Both the position numbers and the translations under genes were made by a program. Positions 16,660 to 29,553 of a DNA stretch of 64,000 nucleotides are shown here, in pieces. Source of the DNA: Octopus vulgaris (Eukaryota). The notes beneath the pieces were generated by a model that made no database searches, was not told the DNA's origin, and was given only the letters and a program-made list of their open reading frames with translations. Location of the stretch: assembly GCA_951406725.2 (NCBI GenBank), contig OX597816.1, positions 166,842,001 through 166,906,000 of the forward strand, given 5' to 3'. How positions within the stretch are numbered: position 1 is the stretch's first letter; each line of letters opens with the position of its first letter.

Positions 16660-17017
16660 ACATTTGGAAATCAAACAGAAAGACGATTACTATGGACAAC
16701 TGCATCGAAACCACCAGCTCCTATATCCAGACTATAAGTTCACATTTATACCAATAATTGGTTCGCTTGGTTTTGTGACTGAATGCCCAAGTGACAATCT
16801 GGATAATGCTAGGGTCTTCAGAAAAATAAATCAACCAAGCAATTCGCACATTATAAATGCAATCTGTAAGTGGAACAGTTAAAATTTGCAAGACTTTTCT
16901 CACGTTTAAAATGTGACAGTTTTCGTTATCTACATTCCAACGATGGAGCCTTATATTTTTGGTAGAAACTAGCTCCTTCCACAGAGAAAGAATTTAAATA
17001 ATTAAAAACAGAAGAGA
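16660..17017 (+). mobile_element. RLE-type non-LTR retrotransposon 3' fragment followed by (CATA)n
   Basis: YYGQLHRNHQLLYPDYKFTFIPIIGSLGFV...GTVKICKTFL, then short UTR and (TACA)n. Confidence 0.6.
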
Positions 17018-17249
17018 ACATACATACATACATACATACATACATACATACATACATACATACATACATACATACGTACGTACGTACGTACGTACGTACA
17101 TACATACATACATACATACATACATACATACATACATACATACACACATACATACATACATACATACATACATACATACATACATACATACGTACGTACA
17201 TATATACATACATACATACATACATACATAATTACATACATAAATAACT

Positions 17250-17587
17250 GTGAAGGCGCATTGCTCAGTGGTTAGAACGTCGAGCTTACGATCGCGAGGT
17301 TGTGAGTTCGATTCACGGACCGGGCTGCGGGTTGTGTTCTTGAGCAAGACACTTTATTTCACGTTGCTCCAGTTAACTCAGCTGTAGAAATGAGTTGCGA
17401 CGTCTCTGGTGCCAAGTTGTATCGGCCTTTGCCTTTCCCTTGGATAATATCAGTGGCATGGAGAAGGGAAGGCTGGTATGCATGGGGGACTGTTGGCCTT
17501 CCATAAACACACTTGCCCGGACTTTTACCTCGGAGGGTAACTTTCTAGGTGCAATCCCATGGTCATTCATGATCGAAGGGGGTCTCC
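17250..17587 (+). mobile_element. tRNA-derived CORE-like SINE, family E
   Basis: A/B boxes (tgctcagtgg / gagttcgattc) and CORE-like ttcttgagcaagacacttta. Confidence 0.8.
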
Positions 17588-17904
17588 ACATACATACCAG
17601 GGTACTGCCCTTTCCTCCAGACCCAGCTAGTAAAAAGTAGGTAACTGGAAGTCAACCTCACATGTCTGACTGTTTGACCTCCTACTCGGCTCATGTCCAC
17701 TCTTTCATCTTTTCTTACTAGCTTATAAACTTATTATATACATACTAGCATATTACCGCACATATGACGGATATCTTTAGAAATATACTTTTGGCACCAT
17801 GGTAATATCAGGTAATATGGCATACATACGATAATTATAATTTAACTCTTATAAAATTTCTTGGTGCTTATACAAAATGATGAAATGAATACGAATTTTT
17901 AAAC

Positions 17905-18053
17905 GGTGTGGTAAGTAGCTTGCTTACCAACCACATGGTTCCGGGTTCAGTCCCACTGCATGGCACCTTGGGCAAGTGTCGTCTACTATAGCCTCGGGCC
18001 GACCAAAACCTTGTGAGTGGATTTGGTGGACGGAAACTGAAAGAAGCCCGTCG

Positions 18054-18135
<82 letters not shown>

Positions 18136-18353
18136 TGTGTTTGTGTGTCTGTGTTTGTCCCCCCAACATCGCTTGACAACCGATGCTGGTGTGTTTACGT
18201 CCCCGTAACTTAGTGGTTCGGCAAGAGAGTCTGATAGAATAAGTACTAGGCTTACAAAGAATAAGTTCTGGGGTCGATTTGCTCGACTAAAGGCAGTGCT
18301 CCAGCATGACCGCAGTCAAATAACTGAAACAAGTAAAAGAATAAAAGAATAAA
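17905..18353 (+). mobile_element. SINE family A
   Basis: Near full-length copy with internal (TA)n(TG)n. Confidence 0.88.
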
Positions 18354-18624
18354 GAAAATAATTACCTTAAAATAAAATTGAATAAAACAAATTTCTCATT
18401 TGTATAACTCTTGTCCTCAATACTCTGATTTACTCTCTTCTACTCTTCCTGCCACCAAGCGTAACACGTGCACACATCCTGAACTACTCCTTCGTTCACT
18501 CCCTCTGTATCTCTCTTTTACTTTCTCTCTCCCTCTCTCTATACGATATAAAAACTGACTGGAGGATTCAAACAATCAACCAACAACCCAACCTACATTT
18601 ATATCGGTTATTATTAAAAATAAA

Positions 18625-19420
18625 ACGGCGAGCTGGCAGAATCGTTAGCGCGCCGGACGAAATGCTTAGCAGGTATTTCGTCTGCCGTTACGTTCTGAGT
18701 TCAAATTCCACCGAGGTCGACTTTGCCTTTCATCCTTTCGGGGTCGATTAAATAAGTACAAATTACGCATTGGGGTCGATATAATCCACATAATCCGTTT
18801 GTCTGTCCTTGTTTGTCCTCTATGTGTTTAGCCTCTTGTGGGTAGTAAAGAAATAGAAATAGGTATTTCGTCTGCTGTTACGTTCTGAGTTCAAATTCCG
18901 CCGAGGTCGGCTTTGCCTTTCATCCTTTCGGGTCGATTAAATAAGTGCCAATTACGCATTGGGGTCGATATAATCGACTTAATCCGTTTGACTGTCCTTG
19001 TTTGTCCCCTCTGTGTTTAGCCCCTTGTGGGTAGTAAAGAAATAGGTATTTCGTCTGCCGTTACGTTCTGAGTTCAAATTCCGCCGATGTCGACTTTGCC
19101 TTTCATCCTTTCGGGGTCGGTAAATTAAGTACCAGTGGAGTACTAGGGCCGATGTAATTGACTCATCTCCTCCCTCCAAATTTCAGGCCTTGTGTTTATA
19201 GTAAAAAGCATTATTGAATAGAGACAAAGCTGCGAGCTGGCAGAATCGTTAGCACACCGAACAAAATGCATTTCGTCCATTTTTTTAGTTCTGGGTTCAA
19301 ATTCCGTTGAAGTCGACTTTGCCTTTCATTCTTTCGTGATGGATAAATTAAGTATCAGTTGAATGTTATTGACGAGCTCCTCCCACAACAGTTCAGGCTT
19401 TGTGCCGATAATGGAAAAGA
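18625..19420 (+). mobile_element. SINE family B, head-to-tail array
   Basis: Head ggcgagctggcagaatcgttagc; B-box-like gagttcaaattcc; core gcctttcatcctttcggggtcgataaattaagtaccag repeated four times. Confidence 0.85.
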
Positions 19421-19942
19421 TTATTAAATAGAGATAGCTATTGTTATTCAACATCAGGTCAAATTTGATCTACAAGATCTTTGACCAAAATCGAACCATC
19501 ATTGACCATCCTGTGATTTATCAGATATATAATGTCTATAACTACATCATCCTTTCTTCAAAACGAAAAAGTGTGACCTGAGAGAGATTTCTCTGCTATT
19601 TCTTGTGAGCCAAGAATCCACATAGAAACTTTTCCTTGTTCTAACTAATCGAGAGGATCGCAGAAACCCTGCTCTGAGATCCCACAGTTTCTATCATGCT
19701 GTTCTCTCTGTTGCTGCCATTCTTGTGATAATCACAGCGACGACGATTCCAACAGCTTACCAGAATATTTACTATTCTTTAGCAAACACTACAGAATAAA
19801 CCTTTGTCGTCTGTAAAAACAATTTTTATAGACGGCATCAATACATCATCGCCGTCTGTTTCTTCATTTCTACAGAAAACATGTCTTTTTAATTTCCTGC
19901 CATCCCTTCTATATATCTTCTTCACACTTTCAGCCCTCCACT

Positions 19943-20001
<59 letters not shown>

Positions 20002-20306
20002 GCTAATAGTGTTTGGGTTTTCATCCACTCTACGGTTGCAAAGAAAACATTTCCCATGCAAAACAAAAGATGAGAGGAATATAGGAATGGTAAAATGGAA
20101 GAACGGGGAATATATAATAATTGTCTTTGAGACAAAGAAGATTGTTTTACGATTTTAGCAATCTGAAATTTCTAAAAAAACGATCCCTGTTACGGTGAGA
20201 GGCGGTGTGTAAGTGTGTGTGTGAGGGGGGGGGGCGTTTGTGTATGTGTGTGTGTGAGTGTGTGTGTGCATGTGTAAAATATATGCGTACACAAGTGCAT
20301 ACACAC

Positions 20307-20373
<67 letters not shown>

Positions 20374-20493
20374 TGTATGTGTGTGTATGTGTGTGTATGT
20401 GTGTGTGTGAGTGTGTGTGCATGTGTAAAATATGTGCTTACACAAGTGCATACACACATGTATGTATATATGTGTGTGTGTGTGTTTGTGTGC

Positions 20494-20525
<32 letters not shown>

Positions 20526-20698
20526 ATGTATGCATGCATATATCCATGTATTTATTATATACATAAGTAAAAATAATACATATTCAGTCTTGCATATAAA
20601 CATACATAATGTACAGGCGCGTACATATATATATACATACACATACACACATATATATATATATACGTACACACACCCACAAACACACGCACGCACAC

Positions 20699-20756
<58 letters not shown>

Positions 20757-21041
20757 GCCATTAGCGTTAGAAACCATGTAGAAAGTAGACAATGTTAAAT
20801 ACAAAGAAAATTACCCAGAAAAGGAAAATAGGGAGAAAAAAAATCTTCTGGAATCCATGTGTTTGTTCTGGTAAGGAATCACAATGGCATCTGGTTTTAG
20901 TTTAGTGAGGAATAACAACGAACATATAACAACGAGCAGACGACAGACCGGAGATGGGCGGGGATGTACGAAACCCTTCGGAATCATTGTAACGCTCCTT
21001 CTTGCACTTCTTCGCCTCTTTCGCCACTTTACTTCTTCTGC

Positions 21042-21074
21042 TACTACTACTACTAATACTACTACTACTACTAC

Positions 21075-21150
<76 letters not shown>

Positions 21151-21214
21151 TATTATTATTATAATAATAATAGTAACAACAACAACAACAACAATAATAA
21201 TAATAATAATAATG

Positions 21215-21245
<31 letters not shown>

Positions 21246-21255
21246 TAATAATAAT

Positions 21256-21314
<59 letters not shown>

Positions 21315-21418
21315 TAATAATAATAATGATGATGATGATGATGATGATGCTAATAATAATAATGATAATAATAATAATGATGATGATGATGATGATGATG
21401 ATAATAATGATAATAATA

Positions 21419-21472
<54 letters not shown>

Positions 21473-21559
21473 CTAATAATAATAATGATAATAATAATAA
21501 TGAGGATGATGATGATGATGATGATAATGATGATGATGAAGATGATGATGATAATAATA

Positions 21560-21604
<45 letters not shown>

Positions 21605-21606
21605 CT
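21042..21606. repeat. Compound trinucleotide microsatellite (TAC/TAA/GAT/TTA)
   Basis: Direct reading. Confidence 0.97.
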
Positions 21607-21975
21607 ATGTATTCTTTAATCCCCACCTGGGTAACAAATACTGTGAAAGGAAGGAACGCATTACAGTCGTAATAAATAAATATATGGAGATATTATACAG
21701 ACAAGAAAGTATGCTGTTGCGTATACACACACACACACACACATAAATACAAATACAAGGGGCTTATTGTTGAAAAGCTAATAATGGTTTTTCTTTAAAA
21801 TATTTCAGTAGTATGTCTGTATGTCTGTCTGTCTGTCTGTATTTATGTATGTATGTATGTATGTATGTACGTATGTATGTATGCATGTATGTATTTATGT
21901 ATGTATATATGTATTTATGCACGTATGTATGTATTTATTTATGTATGTATGTATCTATCTATTTATCTATCAATG

Positions 21976-22031
<56 letters not shown>

Positions 22032-22050
22032 CTTATATACATATAGATAA

Positions 22051-22131
<81 letters not shown>

Positions 22132-22237
22132 CAGACAGATAGATAGATAGATTATGCATTATGTATGTATGTATGAATATATAAATACATCTACATGTGA
22201 GGGATGTGTGTATGTGTACGTGTATGCATATGTATGC

Positions 22238-22281
<44 letters not shown>

Positions 22282-22623
22282 AGGGTGCATTAATGCAGAT
22301 AGATACATAGATAGATGTATTCAGGGTTTTCGTGTTGAATATGACAGCTTGCATGAAAGGAAAAGAAAACGTGATATCCCATACAAAATAAAAGTATCTA
22401 AAAAAAAAATTTTTTTTAATCAAGTAGATTATGGCTGGGAGATAACAGCCGCTCGCGCTCTCTGACTCGCTATCTTTTTTTGCCCTCCCCTATTCCAAAT
22501 TAAAATAAGTTTCATTCTGTGAGAACGAGAAGGGAAACATGATAATTTCTTCCAACCAATCAGAACAAAATGAAGCCAACAGTAAAAATACTAAAAGACT
22601 TACCAATATTTTGCTACTAAGAA

Positions 22624-23305
22624 CGGCGTGCTGGCAGAAACGTTAGCACGCCGGGCGAAATGCTTTGCGGTATTTCGCCTGCCGTTACGTTCTGAGTTCA
22701 AATTCCGCCGATGTCGACTTTGACTTTCATCCTTTCGGGGTCGATAAATTAAGTACCAGTTACGCACTGGGGTCGATATAATCGACTTAATCCCTTTGTC
22801 TGTCCTTGTTTGTCCTCTTTGTGTTTAGCCCCTTGTGGGTAGTAAAGAAATAGGTATTTCTTCTGCCGCTACATTCTGAGTTCAAATTCCGCCGAGGTCG
22901 ACTTTGCCTTTCGGGGTCGATAAATTGAGTAGCAGTTACACACTGGGGTCGATGCAATCGACCTAACCCCTTTCTCGGTCCTTGTTTGTCCCCTCTATGT
23001 TTAGTCCCTTGTGGGCAATACAGAAATAAAATTTTTGCTTCCAAAAGAGGAGGGAGAGCAGACAGAATCGTTAGTACGCCGGGCGAAATACTTGCGGCAT
23101 TTTGTCCGTTTTCACGTTCTGGGGTCCAAATTCCGCCGGTATTTCTTCCGCCTATACGTTCCGAGCTCAAATTCCACCGAGGTTGACTTTGCCTTTCATC
23201 CTTTCGGGGTCGATAAATTAAGTACCAGTTGCGTACTGGGATTGATCTAATCGACTTGTTACCTCCCAAAAAACTTCAGGCCTTATGCCTTTAGAAAAAA
23301 GGATT
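22624..23305 (+). mobile_element. SINE family B array
   Basis: Three core copies in tandem. Confidence 0.85.
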
Positions 23306-23514
23306 ATTATTATTATTATTATTCTATGTTTGACTTTTGCTTTATGTCTGTACAAGTTGGCTCCAAGTCTCACCCAGAGACCTCAAGAGACAACAGGTTG
23401 GAAGTTCACGCTGTTGTTATGCCTAGTGTGCCATATTTTTTTTGGTGTTGTACTAGTGAATGTCTAATACATAAAAAAAAGTTTGTTTTCAACCTTGGGA
23501 TTACATAGAGAGTA

Positions 23515-23707
<193 letters not shown>

Positions 23708-24377
23708 GACGCATGGCGTTGTGGTTAGGGTGTTGCACTCATGGTCTAGCGATCGTGATTTCAATTCCTAGACCAGGTGGTGCGTTATGTTTTTAAGCAA
23801 AACACTTCATCTCACGTTGTTCCGTGATCATTTCGACACCTGACGTGTGGTAGACACCGTGCACCTGTTCATCCAACGTCGCTTTGATGGAAGACGTGAG
23901 TTAATGTGCGACACATACATTCGATTCTTATAAACAAATCATTTGTGTAGGTTGTTCGGCAAAAGCTAAAAAGCTCATTCGCCGTCTTCGATAGGAGAGT
24001 CTATCATCAATGTTGTTGTTTTCGTCATCGTCGTCATCATTATTATTCTTTTTATCTCAGGTCTTGTTGTAACTCCTGAAGTCTTACAATACGTAGCGGG
24101 CTTGCTACCTGCGGCCTACGGTATTATGGTATCGGTATCGAAGGCGGCGAGCTGGCAGAAACGTTAGCACGCCAGGCGAAATGCGTAGCTGTATTTCGTC
24201 TGCCGCTACGTTTTGAGTTCAAATTCCGCCGAGGTCGACTTTGCCTTTCATCCTTTCGAGGTCGATTAAATAAGTACCAGTTACGCACTGGGGGCGATAT
24301 AATCGACTTAATCCGTTTGTCTGTCCTTGTTTGTCCTCTCTGTGTTTAGCCCCTTGTGGGTAGTAAAGAAATAGGTA

Positions 24378-25935
24378 TCAATGCTATTTGTTCTTTTCAG
24401 CTATCTAACACTTTCCTGGTTATTATGGCCGTGCCAAGGAAGAAAACCGTTTATAGCAGTTCTACTGGGCACTCTATTCCGATTTCCTTTATATTCCTCT
24501 TGATGCCTTCTGACCCAACAATAATTGGCATTATCTTCACCTTCATTTTCCACAGCCGGACTATTTCGTACTTATTGTGTCGTATTTATCTACGTTTTCC
24601 CCTTCCTTCTTGATTATTCGTGGGTCGAAGGGATATGCAACGTCAACTATATAGCACATGTGGTGCATCTTGTCCACCACCACTAAGTCCGGTCTATTAT
24701 GCTCTAGCACCTGATCTGTTTGAATTGGGTAATCCCACAGGGTTTTGCAAGTCTCCGATTCCGCCACTCTCGGCAGTTTGTGCTCATACCTCGTCTTACC
24801 TCTCTCTAGCCCCCACTTTTCGCACAATGTAACACTATCACTACCTCATCGTGTCGCCACAATTTGTAGTAGTTTTGGGCAAGTGTAGTGCATTCTTTCG
24901 TGATGTGGGCAATAGTTTCATCCACTCTAATGCAGATGCGACACAGCGAAGATACTTGCTCATTCCTACGGTTGACCCTCCAATTCGTAGCCAAAGCTTG
25001 GTCTTGCGCTGCCAGAATAGTGCTCTCGGTCTCTTTTTTCAGTGTTCCTTTCTTCAGCCAATCCCACCTATGTTTTCCAGCAACTTCTGTTGTGACTGTG
25101 GAGGCGCACTGGCCCAGTGGCTAGGGCAGCGGACTCGCGGTCGGAGGATCGCGGTTTCGATTCCCAGACCGGGCGTTGTGTGTTTATTGAGCGAAAACAC
25201 TTAAAAGCTCCACTAGGCTCCGGCAGGGGGTGGTGGCGACCCCTGTTGTACTCTTTCGCCACAACTTTCTCTCACTCTTTCTTCCTGTTTCTTGAGTAAC
25301 GCTGCGATGGACTGGCGTCCCGTCCAGCTGGGGGGAACACATACTCCACAGAAACCGGGAAGCCGGGCCCATGAGCCTGGCTAGGCTTGAAAAGGGCGAC
25401 CGTTATCGTTTATCTGTTGTGGCTACATGGAATTAGTTGTGTAGTTCCTTCTGGCGTAATTCTTCTTCATGTCCTTTTTGTAATTCTTCCTTTGTTTTTT
25501 CCTCTTTTCTCTGGTTTTAATACTCCCTCACTCCCAGCTGACACTAGCAAGGTCTCCTTACGTTGGGATAGGTATCTCGTTAAGCTCCCGTGTTGGAAAC
25601 GTACGCAGTCTTCCACACTTACCAGCCCCCTTCCTCCACTTGCTCTCCTCATATATATAGGCGATCAATGTCTGCATGCGGATGATGGGCTCCATGCATC
25701 GTTAGGAGCTTTCTTACCTTCCTTTAGCTCCTCGTCTCTCCACTTCAGCATTCCAGCGCCATACCGAACTACTGCGACTGCGCGCGAGTTTATTGCCGAA
25801 ATTATGTTTCTGGCATTCATCTTTGAAGCCAATATTTTTCTCACTCACCACAGGTACTCTTCCTTTATCTTTTCTTTCATATCGTTGTGTTTAATTCCAT
25901 CTGCCTCAAGTATTCCCAGATATTTATAACCGGAT
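24378..25935 (-). mobile_element. Degenerate R4/Dong-like non-LTR retrotransposon (RT C-terminus, CCHC finger, restriction-like endonuclease), interrupted by a SINE
   Basis: YKYLGILEAD, GGRGLVSVEDC, CRIC...ETIAHITKECTTLAQNYYKLWRHD, LWDYPIQTDQVLEHNRPDLVVVDK, PFDPRIIKKE; frameshifted across three frames. Confidence 0.88.
25098..25399 (+). mobile_element. SINE with family C head and an alternative tail, inserted in the R4/Dong element
   Basis: C head and body, then gagtaacgctgcgatggactggcgtcccgtccagc..aaaagggcg, which is shared with 54984-55229. Confidence 0.8.
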
Positions 25936-26085
25936 TCAATGATGATTTTTGTAGGTGTTCTATATTTACATCTGTACCAGTCTTTTGAGTCATGTTGGTA
26001 GCTGGGTACTGATACTTCCAAGAATACCAATCACCATTGGTATCACATTGTATTCTTAAAAATTACTACTACTACTACTACTACA

Positions 26086-26130
<45 letters not shown>

Positions 26131-26230
26131 GAGTGAGAGAGCAGTTCATGCCATCAAAGTAACACTGGGGTAAAATATACGAAGCCCAGTATACCCATCA
26201 TGACTACCCGTCTGATAAGGGCACACCAGG

Positions 26231-26284
<54 letters not shown>

Positions 26285-26852
26285 CATTGGATGCTTTGTG
26301 AAGACGGTGAGCTAGTAGAATCGTTAGCGCATCGGACAAAATGCTTTTCGGTATTTCGCCTGTCGCTACATTCTGAGTTCAAATTCCGCGAAGTCGACTT
26401 TGCCTTTTATCCTTTCGGGGTCGATAAACTATGTACCAGTGGCATACTGGGGTTGATGTAATCGATTCATCCCCTCCCTCCTAATCTCAGGCCTTGTGCC
26501 TATAGTGGAAAGGATTATTGCATGCTTTGTATTTCGATAATCTCTCAATTTCTTGTTATTATCATATATTGGGACTGAAATCTCGATTAGACGGCAGTCG
26601 TTTTGTTTTGTTTTGTTTTTGGGTTTTTTTGTTTGTTTGTTTGTTTTTTTGTTTTTTTTTTGTAGTCCTTGACAACAATAACCAACAGATTCTCTTCTGG
26701 CATACAATTCCCAGAGAATGGCTGCTTTTGACATTTTCTGAGACCTTTTCTGAGGTATGTGCTATCATCTTTTTTCCTTTTTTTTTCCCATAGTACATGA
26801 AAAAGACATCGATAGAATAAGTACCAGGCTTTTGAAAAAAAAATAACTACTA

Positions 26853-28512
26853 AAATCAGCTACTGGCCCCGATGGATTCCCGGCAATCCTCCTAAAAGCA
26901 TGTAAGAGAGTCCTAGCAAGACCACTGCAGTTCCTCTTTCAGAGCTTCCTTGCAGCTGGCAAACTTCCAGGAAAACTGAAGGAAGGTAAAATATGCCCCA
27001 TTCATAAAGGAGGTAGCAGAGCGGAAGCCAAGAACTATAGACCTATCTCTCTGACCTCACACATCAGCAAGGTCATGGAACGAATAGTCAGAAGGAAGCT
27101 GATCACCTTCCTTGAAGAGAATGACTTGCTGCCCGACACCCAACATGGTTTCCGACCAGGGAGAAGCTGTTTAACTCAGCTCCTACAACACTATGACTGG
27201 ATGCTGAAACGGCTGCTCAACCACTCAAATGTGGAAGTGATATATCTCGACTTTGCAAAGGCCTTTGATAAAGTCGATCATGGAATGATATGTCACAAAC
27301 TGCGTGATCTCAGCATAGTTGGAAAACTGGGAGAATGGCTTCATGACTTTCTGAAAGATAGAAGTCAGGTGGTAGTAGCCAATGGGGCCACTTCCATTAA
27401 CACGCAAATAGTGAGCGGTGTTCCGCAGGGCACTGTTCTGGGACCACTACTGTTCATAATGGCCCTCTCAGACATGCCCTCAGCCACGCAGAGAGCCACG
27501 ATCACAAGTTATGCAGATGATACAAAAGTTTCACAGGCAATACAGAACCCTGAGGACACTAAACACCTGCAATGTGAGCTGGACAAAATATACAAGTGGG
27601 CCGAAAAGAATAGCATGCAGTTCAATGCTGAAAAGTTTCAAGCTCTATACTATCAGCATGCAAAACTAAATGCAATACCCAATGAATACACTGGACCCGG
27701 AGGAATAGCAATCCCAGAGGCACAATCAGTGCGTGACCTGGGTATTTACATGAGTGATGACGCGACCTTTCGTGTACATGTTGCTAAATTGGCAATGAAA
27801 TGTAGACGACTGGCCGGATGGATCCTCAGAACCTTTAGAACAAGAGAACAAGAAACCATGATGGTCCTCTGGAGGACACTTGTCCTAAGCCACTTTGACT
27901 ACTGCTCTCAGTTATGGTCACCATCCAGTGTCAAGTTGTTCACAGAGCTCGAGGCGATCCAACGTAGCTACACGAAGATAGCCTCTATGCAGAATGTAAG
28001 CTACTGGGAAAGACTCAAGAGATTAAAACTATATTCCCTGGAGCGTAGGCGGGAAAGATATGCCATAATATACATCTGGAAGATCCTGGAGGGACGTGTC
28101 CTGAACTTTGGCATCGAGAGTTACGCAAATGCCAGAACTGGGCGCCACTGCGTGGTGCCTAGGACTCCAAACTTGCCATCAAGATGTAGGACAAGATTCT
28201 GTGATAGCCTGGGCTTCCGAGGCTCACAGCTCTTCAATATCCTCCCGAAGAACCTGAGAGACCTGCATGAGGTGGATGCAGATGTCTTTAAAATGAAGCT
28301 GGATCTCTTCCTGTCAGGTGTCCCAGATGAACCAACTTCACGGCAGGAGGGGCAGATGAGGGCAGCTGCATCGAACTTTCTCATGCACCAAATGGCAGCT
28401 GCTAGAAAGCTTTCGTGAAGTGAAACCAAGTAGCAACACCAAATGGCGGTGCCCCAGCATGGCCACAGCTCATGGGCTGAAACTAGAATCAATCAATCAA
28501 TCAATCAATCAA
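26853..28512 (+). mobile_element. 5'-truncated CR1/L2-group LINE with open reverse transcriptase ORF (26853-28418) and (AATC)n tail
   Basis: KSATGPDG, KNYRPISLTS, QHGFRPGRSC, YLDFAKAFDKV, GVPQGTVLGPLLF, YADD, LYSLERRRERY. Short 3' UTR then aatcaatcaatc. Confidence 0.95.
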
Positions 28513-28682
28513 ATCGATTTGTTCGACTAAAATCCTTCAAGGCGATGCCCCAGCATGGCCGCAGTCCAATGGCTGAAATAAGTAAAAGATAAAAGGTAAG
28601 AAAAAAGAATCGAGAAATCCGAATTAAGAAAAATATTTTCAAATTCAATGAAAAACTCAAAAAATATAGAACGGATACAATT

Positions 28683-28985
28683 TTATTAATTCCAAATACA
28701 TTTATTGCTGTTGTAACGGAAGAGGAATCGTTGATGTTGAAGTGGTTGTTGTAATTCCAAGAATTATCAAAGGTAGTTCTTCGATTTTTTTTTTTGATTT
28801 TTTATCCAAAGAAACCAAGAGTTTAAAATATATTTTTCGTAATGTTTAAGAACAAAAAATATAACACGAATTACATTTAAAGACGAACCAAAAAAAAAAA
28901 GAAATTTACTAAACGGAGCACGACGTGAAATATGGCAGAATATGGGGAAATATCAATAAAATTTTATTTATTTATTTATTTATTT
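28683..28985 (-). promoter_or_regulatory. Candidate polyadenylation signals (AATAAA on - strand) for the beta-lactamase-like gene
   Basis: TTTATT hexamers on + at ~28683, ~28701 and a cluster at 28963-28985, 0.6-0.9 kb past the stop codon in an AT-rich 3' UTR-like stretch. Confidence 0.35.
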
Positions 28986-29553
28986 CAAATTGCAATGTAT
29001 TGATCTTATATGATGTATTGATTTTGTAAAGAATACATCGATTTCAAACAAATTTTGATGGTGGAAAATATGATGACGTTTATCAAAGCCAGACGTTAAG
29101 TAGTTTGTGCAAAGATGTTCATAGTATGTATCTGTGTGTGTGTATGGATGCTTCTGTTTATGTGTGTCAATGAGAGTGCATATGGGTATACCAGTGTGTG
29201 TTTGTGCGTGCGTACGCGCGCGTTTGTGATTTACTGGGGGTGGTTCGCTCAGTCTGGTAACCAGAGTTTGATGTATCAGTATTTGACTAGATGAGACACG
29301 ATGAGACACGATCACAGCTACGTCCTACTGAACCGATCTTTACAAAAGGAGGAAAACATTCGATGTAATGTTTAAATAATAGCTCAAATCGTAACAATAA
29401 TCTTCTTCGCTTTTTAATTGCGGAAAATGTTTTACAACCATAAAAAAAAACTATATTCATTTAAGTAATTTAATTTTTAATGACATTCCACCGCGTTTTT
29501 TAATAGTTTGTTTTATTTTCAATTGATAAGTCTGTGATGTTCTGTTGTCTTTT

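Larger units (their letters stand above)
15488..17240. repeat. (CATA)n tetranucleotide arrays interrupted by retroelement ends
   Basis: Direct reading; (CGTA)n variant blocks present. Confidence 0.95.

Noticed and set aside
17250-17325. SINE heads as tRNA genes (also families A, B, C)
   Set aside because: A/B boxes are present but the cloverleaf is imperfect and continues into repeat bodies. Only 62726-62808 is a full tRNA.
20884-21672. 262-aa poly-Asn/Asp ORF
   Set aside because: Compound trinucleotide microsatellite with no domain or splice context.
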